IMG/VR virus record: IMGVR_UViG_3300036804_000354
Coordinates: 1 to 41,057 of that record
Direction: 5' to 3' (one strand)
Source: a virus
Lineage: Duplodnaviria; Caudoviricetes
DNA: 41,057 bases
Within the stretch, counting starts at the first letter, position 1. Every line of letters starts with the position of its first letter. The position numbers were made by a program, and so were the translations under genes. Positions 7,485 through 17,116 of this stretch are shown here, in pieces. The notes beneath the pieces are model-generated. The model was not told the DNA's origin. It saw nothing but the letters and a program-made list of their open reading frames with translations, and ran no database searches.

Positions 7485-9605
7485 TTACGAAATAAAAGAA
7501 GGCACTGGCGGCCAGGCGGGGTCAGCAGCGGTTAAATCAACGTCACGCAACTCGTCGACGTATTGTTGCAGCACCAGCAAATTATCAGCATCACCGCTGC
7601 GCTGGTTACCAGCTGCTGCGCTGCACTGAATATCAAGAATTGCTGCTGCTGCCTTTCCCCTTACTGAATTCAGCTCGCCCTGATTTCTCAGTAATGTTTG
7701 TGCGGCCAGAGCATCAGGGTTTTGATAAATAGTTTCTCCGTCGTAAATCCATGAACCGTCTTCAAAACAGCCGTCAGGGATGCCAGAAAAACCAGCAACC
7801 GATAAATTTTTAGGTTCAATCATTGTCGCATCGCTAGCGATTTGACGTATAACACCTGCGCTATCAAAAGCGATGAATACATTCCCGGCGAGAAGTGGTG
7901 CTGCATGAGTCCACAGCAGGTCGTCATCACAAATAAAATCAATGCAGCCCACAGGGGTTTTATCATTACGGTATGGCTGTAAGTTAGTGAGTTGAGTTAA
8001 CAATGCGCCGTGCTTGATAGCTTTCACTTTCCGTCTTGCCGTCAGAGACAGAGCTGACTCAAGCCCGACTCCCCCTGCAATGCCGAACCACGCCCCGTTA
8101 ACGAGCTTCTGAATTGGTGCATAATAAATGGCGTCAACTTGCCAGTTTGAATCGTTATAGTCCGAAGCCGTACCAGTCATGACGCAACCTGCGGGCACAA
8201 TTGACGTAGCATAATTGTCAGTTGCCCCCTGAGACTGGTTTGCACCTACCCGTAAATCCTGAACAAAACTTCCCTTAACCCAATTTTGAGAGGCCAGATA
8301 GATTTCTGCACCAGTTGAAATACGACGCATATAGGGAGCGTCTGGATTATCAGCTTCAAGGCCTATGTATGATATTCCATCTCGCTGAGGGTATCGGGTA
8401 TCCGATTCATTCAGATTCAGGATTTGAATCCATCCTCCCCACGGGCCAGCCCCGTCAAACGCCCCCGAAAGCCCGCGTACGAATTTTGAACCTGTGAATG
8501 TCGTGTATTCCTGCTGTAAACCATATGCCGAAGGCGTGGCTATTAACGTTCCAGCCTGGTTTATTGGGTAATGATGCTCAGGCGTCGCAACCCCATTCGA
8601 TTCGTTGGCAAAAACACCCTGCTGCTCTATAGCACCGATGGTGTTTAAATCGACCGTCGAATCAAGATTGATGATCATTGTGGGGAATGCATTAATATCC
8701 AACGGTGCCGGTTTATTAATTGTTGAATAGGCACTGCTCCACCCCGAAAACGCACCATCTGTAATACCCGCAGTTGCAAGTTGGCCCATTGCGCTCACAG
8801 CGACCATTGTCCGATATCCACTGGTCTCATGAATAGTCATGTAAATATCAAACCAGTTACCGCCAAAGTCCGGGGCATTGGTATATTCACTGGGGCTGTC
8901 ACAGTGATAGAAACTTCCAGGTTCATTACTCAGAAATGTAAAAAGGTCCGTTCCCTTCGTTATCGGGATCGCTTTTGAAAGACCGTAATCACCCACCTGT
9001 AAAACGCGCCCGGCGGTTGCGTCCGTAGGAGATTCGGTCACATCGTGAGTTGCCGCCGTACCGCAGCCGATGTTTCCCCGAGATTCGGCCTGAGCCTCCA
9101 CGCCCTGAGCGGCGATTTCTGAAAGGTGCTTATCCTGACGCAGATAAATAGTATTGCCCTGCGCCTCAGTCAGATAGCTGCCGTCCTGAACGGTTAATGT
9201 GATATCCGCTGTATCTGAGACGGCAAGATCGGCAAGAATTTTAAGCGATGCCGCATAGCCACTGTCAGGATCCGGCTTTTCCTGCTCTGCAAAATTACCC
9301 ACGGCGTACAGTGTGCTATCTTCCGCAAAAATACCAATTTCGCGGATCGTATAACCACCACTGCTTGCCGGGATTACACACTCAGCTTCCAGAACAGTGC
9401 TATCTGAGATACTCACTATCAGCGAGCTAATGGCATCACGAAATGTTTCATTAACCAGCGAAGTTTGTGCAGCATCAGGAGTGACCGGCAACCCATTGCC
9501 ATCGCCTACCGAAAAGTCGGTTAATTTGACCGGCTCACCACTCGCGTGCGCAGCAGCCTCCAGCGCCTTCCCCGCGTCTGTAATCAATAAATAAAAATCA
9601 CTCAT
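7485..9605 (-). CDS. Tail fibre with in-frame C-terminal tail-fibre-assembly-like domain
   Basis: Probable start MSDFYLLITDAG at 9605 (P2 gpH-like N-terminus, GGYTIREIGIF). The fibre tip-like YYAPIQKLVNGAW is followed by a Tfa-like domain ending WPPVP. Confidence 0.85.
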   Translation of the reverse strand: MSDFYLLITDAGKALEAAAHASGEPVKLTDFSVGDGNGLPVTPDAAQTSLVNETFRDAISSLIVSISDSTVLEAECVIPASSGGYTIREIGIFAEDSTLYAVGNFAEQEKPDPDSGYAASLKILADLAVSDTADITLTVQDGSYLTEAQGNTIYLRQDKHLSEIAAQGVEAQAESRGNIGCGTAATHDVTESPTDATAGRVLQVGDYGLSKAIPITKGTDLFTFLSNEPGSFYHCDSPSEYTNAPDFGGNWFDIYMTIHETSGYRTMVAVSAMGQLATAGITDGAFSGWSSAYSTINKPAPLDINAFPTMIINLDSTVDLNTIGAIEQQGVFANESNGVATPEHHYPINQAGTLIATPSAYGLQQEYTTFTGSKFVRGLSGAFDGAGPWGGWIQILNLNESDTRYPQRDGISYIGLEADNPDAPYMRRISTGAEIYLASQNWVKGSFVQDLRVGANQSQGATDNYATSIVPAGCVMTGTASDYNDSNWQVDAIYYAPIQKLVNGAWFGIAGGVGLESALSLTARRKVKAIKHGALLTQLTNLQPYRNDKTPVGCIDFICDDDLLWTHAAPLLAGNVFIAFDSAGVIRQIASDATMIEPKNLSVAGFSGIPDGCFEDGSWIYDGETIYQNPDALAAQTLLRNQGELNSVRGKAAAAILDIQCSAAAGNQRSGDADNLLVLQQYVDELRDVDLTAADPAWPPVPSFIS

Positions 9606-10137
9606 CGCGTTTTGCCTTAATTCTGATTGTCTGTTGCACGACGCAGGCGCCACCCCAGTACACATTCCCCGCTACTGATTGCTGACCGATTTGAATATCG
9701 CTCATGTAACTGCGGGCATTTTTTGCATCCGCGACCTGCTGTGCAATCAACTTGAGCTCATCGGCGGTTACGGCATAGCCATTAACTAAAATGCGAAACG
9801 TATACGGCTCGCCTACGGGAGAATCATTGAACCACTCGACGACATCAATGGATCGCCCCACGGCCTCAAGCGCATGCTTTACCGCGCCAGCGGTACCGCG
9901 TGTTTTGTTTACTTTAGGAGCACTTTTAATGACGCTACGCTTCTGCGCTTCCGTCCAGTTTTCATCCCAGTAAGTGACCGCGTATTCCCATGCCAGCCAT
10001 GGCAGCAGTTCGAGAGGGCAATCATCCGCGCTTTTCACTGTGCGGATATCAATGGGCTGATCACTCGCATGGCCCATCACCTGCTCAAGAGCCTGTTCGC
10101 CTTGGGTTGGATTAGGAGGAAGGAGTGTCCGGTACAT
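9598..10137 (-). CDS. Tail protein I (P2 gpI)
   Basis: CPLELLPWLAWEYAV, RGTAGAVKHAL and DAKNARS motifs. Confidence 0.93.
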   Translation of the reverse strand: MYRTLLPPNPTQGEQALEQVMGHASDQPIDIRTVKSADDCPLELLPWLAWEYAVTYWDENWTEAQKRSVIKSAPKVNKTRGTAGAVKHALEAVGRSIDVVEWFNDSPVGEPYTFRILVNGYAVTADELKLIAQQVADAKNARSYMSDIQIGQQSVAGNVYWGGACVVQQTIRIKAKRDE

Positions 10138-11038
10138 CGCTCCCCCTTTTGATGGTCAAATTGATGGCAGTACAGTACGACACTTCACCGAGGCCCACAG
10201 GGATCGTGGCTAGCGGTGAATCCAGTAAAACATCGTCGACGCCGGGTTGTTTCAGTGCCCGGTACACACCCGCCAGCGACACATCGATGTCAATTTTATG
10301 GACGCTATCTGCATAGCGTTGCATCGCCGACACAGCGGCCTGTTCTACCGTGTCGGCATCCGGCCCGTCCGCTATCAGGAGCGTCGCATCAACTTCATAA
10401 GTAACAACGTCAGGCGCCAGAACGCTGACGTAATCTGTAAGCGGTCGGGTATATTCCGCGCTAAGCGAGTCAGTTACCGTTTGAAGTAGCGCATCTGATG
10501 GTGTGCCATCACCTTCGGCGCTCAGTACATACACATGCACCCGTCCCGGCTGAATATCAGAAGACTCTTGCGGGCCATAGGCTTTTGCATCGAGCACACT
10601 ACCGTCGGCCGACAGCGTAAAATATTCATAAGCCTGAATAGATCCTGCAGTGTTTCGCGCATACCAGGAGAGTCGAATACGGCGGCGGAACGCATCGTCG
10701 CTTTCCATAACGGCGGCTGTCGGTGGGATGGTGGTATCGTCAGCAGGCGTGATAACCAGACGAAACACTTCGTAATTGGCGCCAATCTGGTCGAGGTCGC
10801 TGCCTTTGGCATAGGCCAGAAGCACCGCCAGGATCCCGCTATTGAAGCGCGCGACGTTAACCATCTCCCGGTAAACCAGAATCTCGAGCAACTTCATCGA
10901 CGGGTCACTTTCCACCAGCGCATTAAAAGTCGGGTCAAGAGACTGGAGTTCCGCCAGGCGCTTCGCTTTCAGCTCCCGAAACTTGGGCATTTCCAGTATT
11001 CGCGGTGGTGGTAACTGGCTCAGGTCAATCGTATTCAT
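10112..11038 (-). CDS. Baseplate J protein
   Basis: IDLSQLPPP, ESDP, AKGSDLDQIGA, ESDDAFRRR and RPLTD motifs. Confidence 0.95.
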   Translation of the reverse strand: MNTIDLSQLPPPRILEMPKFRELKAKRLAELQSLDPTFNALVESDPSMKLLEILVYREMVNVARFNSGILAVLLAYAKGSDLDQIGANYEVFRLVITPADDTTIPPTAAVMESDDAFRRRIRLSWYARNTAGSIQAYEYFTLSADGSVLDAKAYGPQESSDIQPGRVHVYVLSAEGDGTPSDALLQTVTDSLSAEYTRPLTDYVSVLAPDVVTYEVDATLLIADGPDADTVEQAAVSAMQRYADSVHKIDIDVSLAGVYRALKQPGVDDVLLDSPLATIPVGLGEVSYCTAINLTIKRGSDVPDTPSS

Positions 11039-11370
11039 AGACGTATGTTCTCCAGCACAACCGTGCGCTGATTCTCTGTATCAGTGGCCCGCAGAGTGAT
11101 CGCTATCTCTCCCTCCCCCGCCTTCAACACCTCGATACCGTTAATCGTTATTCGTGGCTCCCAGCGGGCAATCGCCACCGCCGTCGCCATGACAACGCGG
11201 ATTGCTGTGATGTGGTCTGCCGGATGGTCAACCAGCCGGATCAGATTGCTGCCGTATCCCGGCAACATCACGCGCGTACCGAGTGGCGTGCTGAGAATGT
11301 CCTCGACGGATTGACGGATATGATCAGTCCCGGACAATACTTTTCCGGTTTCCCGGTTCATTCCCTGCAT
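11035..11370 (-). CDS. Baseplate wedge protein W (gp25-like)
   Basis: GMNRETG...HIRQSVEDILSTPLGTRVM...YGS...WEPRI. Confidence 0.95.
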   Translation of the reverse strand: MQGMNRETGKVLSGTDHIRQSVEDILSTPLGTRVMLPGYGSNLIRLVDHPADHITAIRVVMATAVAIARWEPRITINGIEVLKAGEGEIAITLRATDTENQRTVVLENIRL

Positions 11371-11380
11371 AATTCCCCCA

Positions 11381-11408
11381 TAAAAAAACCCGACTCACTG
11401 GTCGGGTT
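11381..11408 (-). terminator. Intrinsic terminator after the baseplate spike gene
   Basis: AACCCGAC...GTCGGGTTTTTTT on the minus strand. Confidence 0.65.
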
Positions 11409-12012
11409 CTTCACTGGATTGCATTTTCTGGTTTGGTGGGTCGGTAACACCGCCACCGTCGCCATTTTCGTTGTGGTCGTGCTCGTCATGTACTTCGCGC
11501 ATGGCTTGCATCGTGCCTTTACTGTCGCTGATGTCTTTGGTCACCGTCAGGTTGCCATCAATTTCAGTATCACCCTGAAGTTTCAGGCCGCCGGTGGCTA
11601 TCACGGTCACCTTACCACCATCAGGCAACGTCACTGCCATAGCGTGAGCCGTGGCGTCATACATCACCGTGGCTCCGTCGCTGTATTGCGTGACGTGCTG
11701 CCCCGGTTCCGTTGACGGTGGTGGGCGATCACCGGAAAAACCAGCAGGGAACACCAGTCCGTTATCTGTCTCACCGCCAGGACTAAACACTATCACCTGC
11801 GCACCTACTGCTGGCATGCTCCAGTCATTCACCTCGGAATCCGACCGCGTCGACCAGTTCAGCCAGTCACTGATGTGCTCCTGCCCTGAAATCGGATCGA
11901 CACCAAACGTCACCCGGCATGTGGGCGGGTCAGCCTGCACGCTGTGGATATTGCCGTATTTCACCAGCCTCATCAGGCGCTGATAAATATTTGCAGTATC
12001 GAAATCAGCCAT
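11395..12012 (-). CDS. Baseplate spike protein V
   Basis: SDWLNW, WSMPAVGAQV, YSDGATVMYD and a C-terminal HDH metal-binding tip. Confidence 0.93.
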   Translation of the reverse strand: MADFDTANIYQRLMRLVKYGNIHSVQADPPTCRVTFGVDPISGQEHISDWLNWSTRSDSEVNDWSMPAVGAQVIVFSPGGETDNGLVFPAGFSGDRPPPSTEPGQHVTQYSDGATVMYDATAHAMAVTLPDGGKVTVIATGGLKLQGDTEIDGNLTVTKDISDSKGTMQAMREVHDEHDHNENGDGGGVTDPPNQKMQSSEEPDQ

Positions 12013-12619
12013 TCTCGTACTCGCTTAGAAACGTATTCATCTCGCTAACAGTCTGGCTGGAAGCCTCCGTTGATGGCTGCTCTGTCTCTGCGGGATCGTC
12101 TTCAACACCATTCAGGCTGCTGCCAAAATACTGCAACGACACAGTGACGTTTTGGTGTCTGAATTCGCCCGCGCCACGGAACTCGTCCACGGCCTGTTCA
12201 AGCTGCGTCATGACCCAGAATCCCATCACCCGCCCGTATCCCGTAACCAGCATCATCGGTGTTTTAGTATTTGCCTGGCGGCGTAGCCATTCAACCGGGT
12301 CGTTGTTCGCATCCTGCCAGACCCCGGCAGAGGTGATCAGCGCGGACAGGCCGGTTGTATCGACGAAATCCGCATAGAGCTCACACTCAAAACGGATTGT
12401 CGGGGCTTTTTTCCCGGTGTATTGCAGACGATCCTGTCGTCCGATACGGCCCTGTGATGCCCATGTCCAGGCATCGCTCAGGCTCAATTTGTTGTAGGCC
12501 AGCGTGGAAAGCTGAAAGACAAAATCGCCCCACATCAGCAACGGCGGCAACTGAGGATCAAGTGTTTCGGTTTGCTGACGGAGCTGCGATTCAAGTATCG
12601 AGAGGGGATCAATAATCAC
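12005..12619 (-). CDS. P2 gpU-like tail tube initiator
   Basis: WGDFVFQLSTLAY...WASQGRIG...LQYTG...LVTGYGRVMGFWV. Confidence 0.85.
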   Translation of the reverse strand: MIIDPLSILESQLRQQTETLDPQLPPLLMWGDFVFQLSTLAYNKLSLSDAWTWASQGRIGRQDRLQYTGKKAPTIRFECELYADFVDTTGLSALITSAGVWQDANNDPVEWLRRQANTKTPMMLVTGYGRVMGFWVMTQLEQAVDEFRGAGEFRHQNVTVSLQYFGSSLNGVEDDPAETEQPSTEASSQTVSEMNTFLSEYENG

Positions 12620-13122
12620 ATCAGCATCTCCGTAATACTGGCGGGAATACGCTGCGCATCCACGCCAAAGATTTTCCGCGTTCCCATGACCGGATGTATT
12701 TCCAGCAGCGGCTGAACGCCATCGACCGACACGCGGTAATAGTTCACCGTCATCGTCATTTCCTGCCCAACGTTCAGCTTGCTGTCGCTGCCATGCTCAT
12801 CCGCACGGATCGTGTCGATAAATCCTTCGAGCTCATCATGCAAAAACAACGTGACATCACCTATGCGGTAGACCCGGCGCACGGTCAGGCGTGCCCGAAA
12901 GCCCGGTACCAGCCCCAAAAAAAGAAACGCAGTCGGATCCATGCCCGCAATTTTGTAATGGGCAGTCATGGGTTTGATGCCCCGATCCATGCCCACTGGG
13001 GTTGTCATTGCCCCGGCCTTATACCATACGCGGTCAACGGCGATTTCTGGCGGGGTATAAGCCACACTGTCGGAGAGTTTGAAGCTGTTCAGGAACAGCG
13101 AACAACCACGGTATGTCGCCAT
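12616..13122 (-). CDS. Second tail-tube-like protein (FII paralogue)
   Basis: 168 aa, colinear with 4211-4720 (TPP, PG..AR...RR.YR, DELEG, ADE.G.D.K, YY...VDG, EI.P). Confidence 0.85.
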   Translation of the reverse strand: MATYRGCSLFLNSFKLSDSVAYTPPEIAVDRVWYKAGAMTTPVGMDRGIKPMTAHYKIAGMDPTAFLFLGLVPGFRARLTVRRVYRIGDVTLFLHDELEGFIDTIRADEHGSDSKLNVGQEMTMTVNYYRVSVDGVQPLLEIHPVMGTRKIFGVDAQRIPASITEMLM

Positions 13123-13688
13123 TATTCGTCTCCCGATTTCGCCAGCAGAATGTAATCGTCTTTATGTGCAGGCCCAATGTCCGGGAAGATGCCGAGCCAG
13201 AACTCTTTCAGGGTTGGTACGTTTGGCTCTTCGAACGGGTCGCGCCCGACGGCAAGCAGCTGCGTAAACGACACACTCCAGATTGCGTGGTCTGCACCGC
13301 CTTCCGAGTTTTCCCAGGTCATGGGTTCGGCTGAATCCATCACCGCTGGTGCGGTGCTTATTCCGAACTGCCGCCCTTCTACCCAGTCGGACATTTTGAG
13401 CGCAGCGTTACGAACGCGCGTTTCGGTGCTGCCGCGCAACTCTTCATCATCCCCCTGCGCCGCAACAAAGTGACGCAGAATATAAAAGTGGCAGGTCAGC
13501 GACAATGTCACGTTGCCGCCCAGCTCCCGGTCGGCACGCTCCCAGCGGGCAACATCGAAAAAGATGGCGGGCGTGGGGAAATCACTGCCAATATCGGGAT
13601 AAACACCAGTGGTTGCGGCCCAGGGGATTTTTTCGAGCTCTGCAACGACTGCGTCCTGATAATCATCAAGCCATTCAACACCATTCAT
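13122..13688 (-). CDS. Tail terminator/neck protein (putative)
   Basis: Position after the Z-like gene; TPAIFFD and WSVSFTQ motifs. Confidence 0.6.
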   Translation of the reverse strand: MNGVEWLDDYQDAVVAELEKIPWAATTGVYPDIGSDFPTPAIFFDVARWERADRELGGNVTLSLTCHFYILRHFVAAQGDDEELRGSTETRVRNAALKMSDWVEGRQFGISTAPAVMDSAEPMTWENSEGGADHAIWSVSFTQLLAVGRDPFEEPNVPTLKEFWLGIFPDIGPAHKDDYILLAKSGDE

Positions 13689-13699
13689 ACAATTTCACC

Positions 13700-14305
13700 T
13701 TACACATTACCCGCCACCCTGCCGCGCAAATCCTTTGTGAAGTAATCCATCAGCGTTTCACCCGCATGTCCGAAGAGATCACTTTGAACTGCGGCAACCA
13801 TGGGGTTGTAAACCGCGATACGCGCCTCCGCCACATGCCCGTTGTCCTGACGGATCCAGATGGAACGCTTACCGCGCACGGTGGCACCGAATGAATTGAG
13901 GAAAGTAACCGCATTGAGGTGAGGTGATTTAGGCGTGAATGTGGCGCCGCGAGAGCCTTTCGCCGTAATAAATCGCCCTTTCGCATCGCGCTGTCGCCGG
14001 ATCCGGGGATTTTTAATACGTCCTTTTAACGTACTGACGGGCATATCATTCAGGCCAAACCACACCTTGCCGGTGCCGGGCTGGTTGCCGGATACCTTTT
14101 TTGTACTCTGCCGAATACGACGCTGCACAACTTTCCGGTTTTTGGCCCCTACGTCACTGAACATCAGCACAACAGACTCTTTATAGAGCTTGTTGACGGT
14201 CTGTCTCAGCGCTTTGTGAAAGGCCGCGACCATCTGCGACTCGCTAGCCCCGAGCGCCGCCTTTACGGAGCGTAGCGCCTCGGTGTCGATATAAAACCCG
14301 CTCAT
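13700..14305 (-). CDS. Tail completion protein (lambda Z-like)
   Basis: Basic 201-aa protein with GKVWFGLN, in the neck region. Confidence 0.65.
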   Translation of the reverse strand: MSGFYIDTEALRSVKAALGASESQMVAAFHKALRQTVNKLYKESVVLMFSDVGAKNRKVVQRRIRQSTKKVSGNQPGTGKVWFGLNDMPVSTLKGRIKNPRIRRQRDAKGRFITAKGSRGATFTPKSPHLNAVTFLNSFGATVRGKRSIWIRQDNGHVAEARIAVYNPMVAAVQSDLFGHAGETLMDYFTKDLRGRVAGNV

Positions 14306-14658
14306 AGTCGGTCGCCTGGCTTATCCAGCCCCGATTTTTGATATTTCGACAAAAACACCCGCGTTACACCGGAGCCATCCGGTTGCAGCGATTTCACATA
14401 CCACGTCGTATCGATGATAAGTACCGGATCCTTTTTCTGGAGGCCGATAATATCCCGGTCATGCGCGGTAAATGACGGGTCGCTGCCCTGAATCTGCCCA
14501 CCGTCAGGAATGCCAGTCAGCAAAAAGGGGTTATCGAACACCCCTTGTATCGTGAGTGACCGGGATTCACCCGGCCATAACTCAACGCTGCCGTCGACAT
14601 TAAAGGTGGAGATCAGGACATCATCCGCCGCTGCCATCAGCGCGTTGAAGTCGCTCAT
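14302..14658 (-). CDS. Head-tail joining protein (FII-like)
   Basis: FNALMAAADD...GVFDNP...PDGSGVTRVFL. Confidence 0.75.
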   Translation of the reverse strand: MSDFNALMAAADDVLISTFNVDGSVELWPGESRSLTIQGVFDNPFLLTGIPDGGQIQGSDPSFTAHDRDIIGLQKKDPVLIIDTTWYVKSLQPDGSGVTRVFLSKYQKSGLDKPGDRL

Positions 14659-14987
14659 CAGTAACCCAGACGTACCGGTGCGTCAGTGTCGCCATTCTCA
14701 GCGTCGGCCCATGCGGTACCGGCAATAATGTCGCCTTCGGTCGCGGTCACATTGCCGCTGGCATCGTCAAAATAAAGCTTCGCACCAGCAGACCAGGTTT
14801 CCGCTTCGTCTTTTGCCAGATTAATAACGCCTGTCATGTGCAGCACACCGTCTTCGCCATCGGCAATATCACCATGGGCAACACCCATCAGCGCACCAAC
14901 TGCAACCGGACGGCCAGAAAGCACATCGGCTCCAGTGCTGTTGGTCCAGTCCATGGTCTTGCCATCTTCTACATAATTTTTAGCCAT
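14658..14987 (-). CDS. DUF2190 family capsid-associated protein
   Basis: MAKNYVEDG...GVAHGDIADGEDGVL...AGTAW; typical neighbour of ClpP-capsid fusions. Confidence 0.85.
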   Translation of the reverse strand: MAKNYVEDGKTMDWTNSTGADVLSGRPVAVGALMGVAHGDIADGEDGVLHMTGVINLAKDEAETWSAGAKLYFDDASGNVTATEGDIIAGTAWADAENGDTDAPVRLGY

Positions 14988-15002
14988 TGCGTTACTCGCT
15001 AT

Positions 15003-15027
15003 AAAAAAGGCACCTCAATGAGGTGCC
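15003..15027 (-). terminator. Intrinsic terminator after the capsid gene
   Basis: GGCACCTCA-T-TGAGGTGCC followed by TTTTTT. Confidence 0.75.
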
Positions 15028-15049
15028 AGGGTGGATGTTAAGGACAGGA

Positions 15050-17116
15050 TCAGGATGCAGCGCCGGAGGCTTTCAGCAGTCCACGGTAATCCATCGGCGC
15101 GACACCGGCATCGATGCGCACTTTCATAGTCACGCCGTCCACGGTGAAACCAGACGTGCTTTCAACCGTCGGTGCGGCATTGCCATCAAGGTATGCCACT
15201 TCGATGGTGTCAGAACCTTTACGGGCAGCCAGATACCAGTCTTCTTCCCCGGCTTCATCAAGACGTGGTTCCGCGATGATTTCTGCCATATTCAGCACCG
15301 GGTTTTTAATGCCGGAGTTGTTTTCTGCACCGGGTACCGAGGTGGAATGAAGGATCTGGTCCGCATACGCTTCCAGCATCGTCGGCACCAGCAGGAACGC
15401 AGGTGAAATATTCAGCGTGCGGTCGCCTGATTTCTGGCGCTTCATCATTGAGCGTGCCGCAGCCAGATTGTCTACATCCAGATCGCCAGAAATGTAGTTG
15501 TTACGATCCTCGCTGAACAGTTGTTCACCGTTGAAATCAGGATTCTCGGTCAGGGTCGCATACACCAGATCACCGATAGTCGCTTTTGCGGCGCGGCCCA
15601 TTGATGCAGGGATACGCGTGATAAAGGACATGTCATCGTTGATGATCGCCTGACGGTCAATGCTGAACAGCTCGCCGTAGGTAGCCAGACGGATCACAGC
15701 GCCGCTGTCGTTCAGTGTCGCGTATTTATACTCAGCCCCCGGTCGTACCTGACGCAGACTCGGGAACGCTTCGAGGCCGACGCGGTTGCCCGGTTTGAAG
15801 TCCGGCAACTCGCCCGTGCGGGTCCATTTGTCGAAGGTTTCTTCTGCATCATCCCAGCCCGCCAGTGCAGATTTCGTCGCCGCGTCCATCAGGATATGCG
15901 CGAAATCGCTGCTGCTGTGGGTAAACGCCAGACCAACAATACCCATGCGATCCATACCCGATACCCCAATACTGCGCCCGGTCAGGGAGGCTCGGGCCAG
16001 TTCCATCAGGCTCATGCCGTTGAACTGGTTATCAGTCTGGCGCTCACCGAACCCGGCGCGGACCAGCACGACGTTGCGAACTGAATCTCCAATGATGTTG
16101 CCGTTGCCTGCATGGATGTGGGCATAGCCATTCGCGCCCGGCGTGGTGGCTTCCGCCAGTTTTGTCAGCAATTTTTGCTGTGCATCAGCTGCGGTGCAGA
16201 ACTGATCAGAAATGCATGAAGCCTGCAACTCGGTTACGCCAGGGTGATTCGCAAACGCGGTAAACACACCCGAGATAGCGGTCCGACGTTCAGTTTCACG
16301 CGCCTGTCGCATGTTCTCCATCTGAACAGCCAGCGCCTGAATATCGACGGTGCTCTGCGCTGGCTGGTCCGGTTGCTGAGTCGTCGCCACTGGCTGCTGC
16401 TGTGGCTGTGGCTGTGGTTGATTAGCATTGCCACGAGGGGCGAAAAGCTGCTGGGCTGCCTTTGGCATTTTGGAAAACTCCTGCGTTACATTATCGTTAA
16501 TACATGCCGCCATCTGCATTTCAGGCAGCAGCACATCTGCAAAACCTTTCTCCACCGCTTCCGCGCCAGTCATCCAGGTCTCTTCACTCATCAGGGATTC
16601 GACTTCCTCGCGGGCAAGCCCGGTTTTCTGCGTATAAGCATCAATCATGACCGCAGAGTTTTTATCGAGGAGATCGGCGTAATCGCGCAAATCGTTTGCA
16701 TCACCCACCAGCCCGCCGTACGGGTTGTGGATCATCATGAACGCGTTCGACGGCATATGAACCGTAGCGCCGGGAAGCATGGCAATCACTGATGCCATCG
16801 AGGCCGCCAGCCCGTCGATGAAGATATTGACGGTACCGGTCAGGCGCTTGAGTGTGTTGTAGATAGCGAAGCCATCCAGCACACTGCCGCCAGGCGAATG
16901 AATACGAATATCCACCTGTGAGGCATTAAAAAGGCCAGCTTCGCTGACCTCTCTTAGAAAACGGCTGGCTGAAATTCCCCAGCCACCGATTTGATCGTAA
17001 AGATGGATTTCACCGGCAGCGTCATTGGCTGCCGCCCGGATCTCGTACCAGCGATTATCCATCGCCTTTATTTGACCGCTGGCCGTTGGAACCACCAGCA
17101 CCTGCTGCTTGTTCAT
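15050..17116 (-). CDS. ClpP-like prohead protease / major capsid protein fusion
   Basis: N-terminal ClpP motifs (IHSPGG, DGLAASMASVI, MMIHNP, ETWMTG.EA...GFAD), a Q/P-rich linker and a C-terminal capsid domain (AFTHSSSDF, AYLDG, KVRIDAGV). Start at 17116 preferred over 17155. Confidence 0.93.
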   Translation of the reverse strand: MNKQQVLVVPTASGQIKAMDNRWYEIRAAANDAAGEIHLYDQIGGWGISASRFLREVSEAGLFNASQVDIRIHSPGGSVLDGFAIYNTLKRLTGTVNIFIDGLAASMASVIAMLPGATVHMPSNAFMMIHNPYGGLVGDANDLRDYADLLDKNSAVMIDAYTQKTGLAREEVESLMSEETWMTGAEAVEKGFADVLLPEMQMAACINDNVTQEFSKMPKAAQQLFAPRGNANQPQPQPQQQPVATTQQPDQPAQSTVDIQALAVQMENMRQARETERRTAISGVFTAFANHPGVTELQASCISDQFCTAADAQQKLLTKLAEATTPGANGYAHIHAGNGNIIGDSVRNVVLVRAGFGERQTDNQFNGMSLMELARASLTGRSIGVSGMDRMGIVGLAFTHSSSDFAHILMDAATKSALAGWDDAEETFDKWTRTGELPDFKPGNRVGLEAFPSLRQVRPGAEYKYATLNDSGAVIRLATYGELFSIDRQAIINDDMSFITRIPASMGRAAKATIGDLVYATLTENPDFNGEQLFSEDRNNYISGDLDVDNLAAARSMMKRQKSGDRTLNISPAFLLVPTMLEAYADQILHSTSVPGAENNSGIKNPVLNMAEIIAEPRLDEAGEEDWYLAARKGSDTIEVAYLDGNAAPTVESTSGFTVDGVTMKVRIDAGVAPMDYRGLLKASGAAS

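Noticed and set aside
7485-9605. Invertase/shufflon or DGR acting on the tail fibre
   Set aside because: No invertase, reverse transcriptase or duplicated fibre segment was seen.
386-14305. Stand-alone tailocin/eCIS interpretation
   Set aside because: Contiguous with intact head, terminase, cos and integrase genes, so it is a phage tail.
16389-16420. CAGCCA-type tandem repeat
   Set aside because: Encodes the Q/P linker between protease and capsid; not an array or regulatory repeat.
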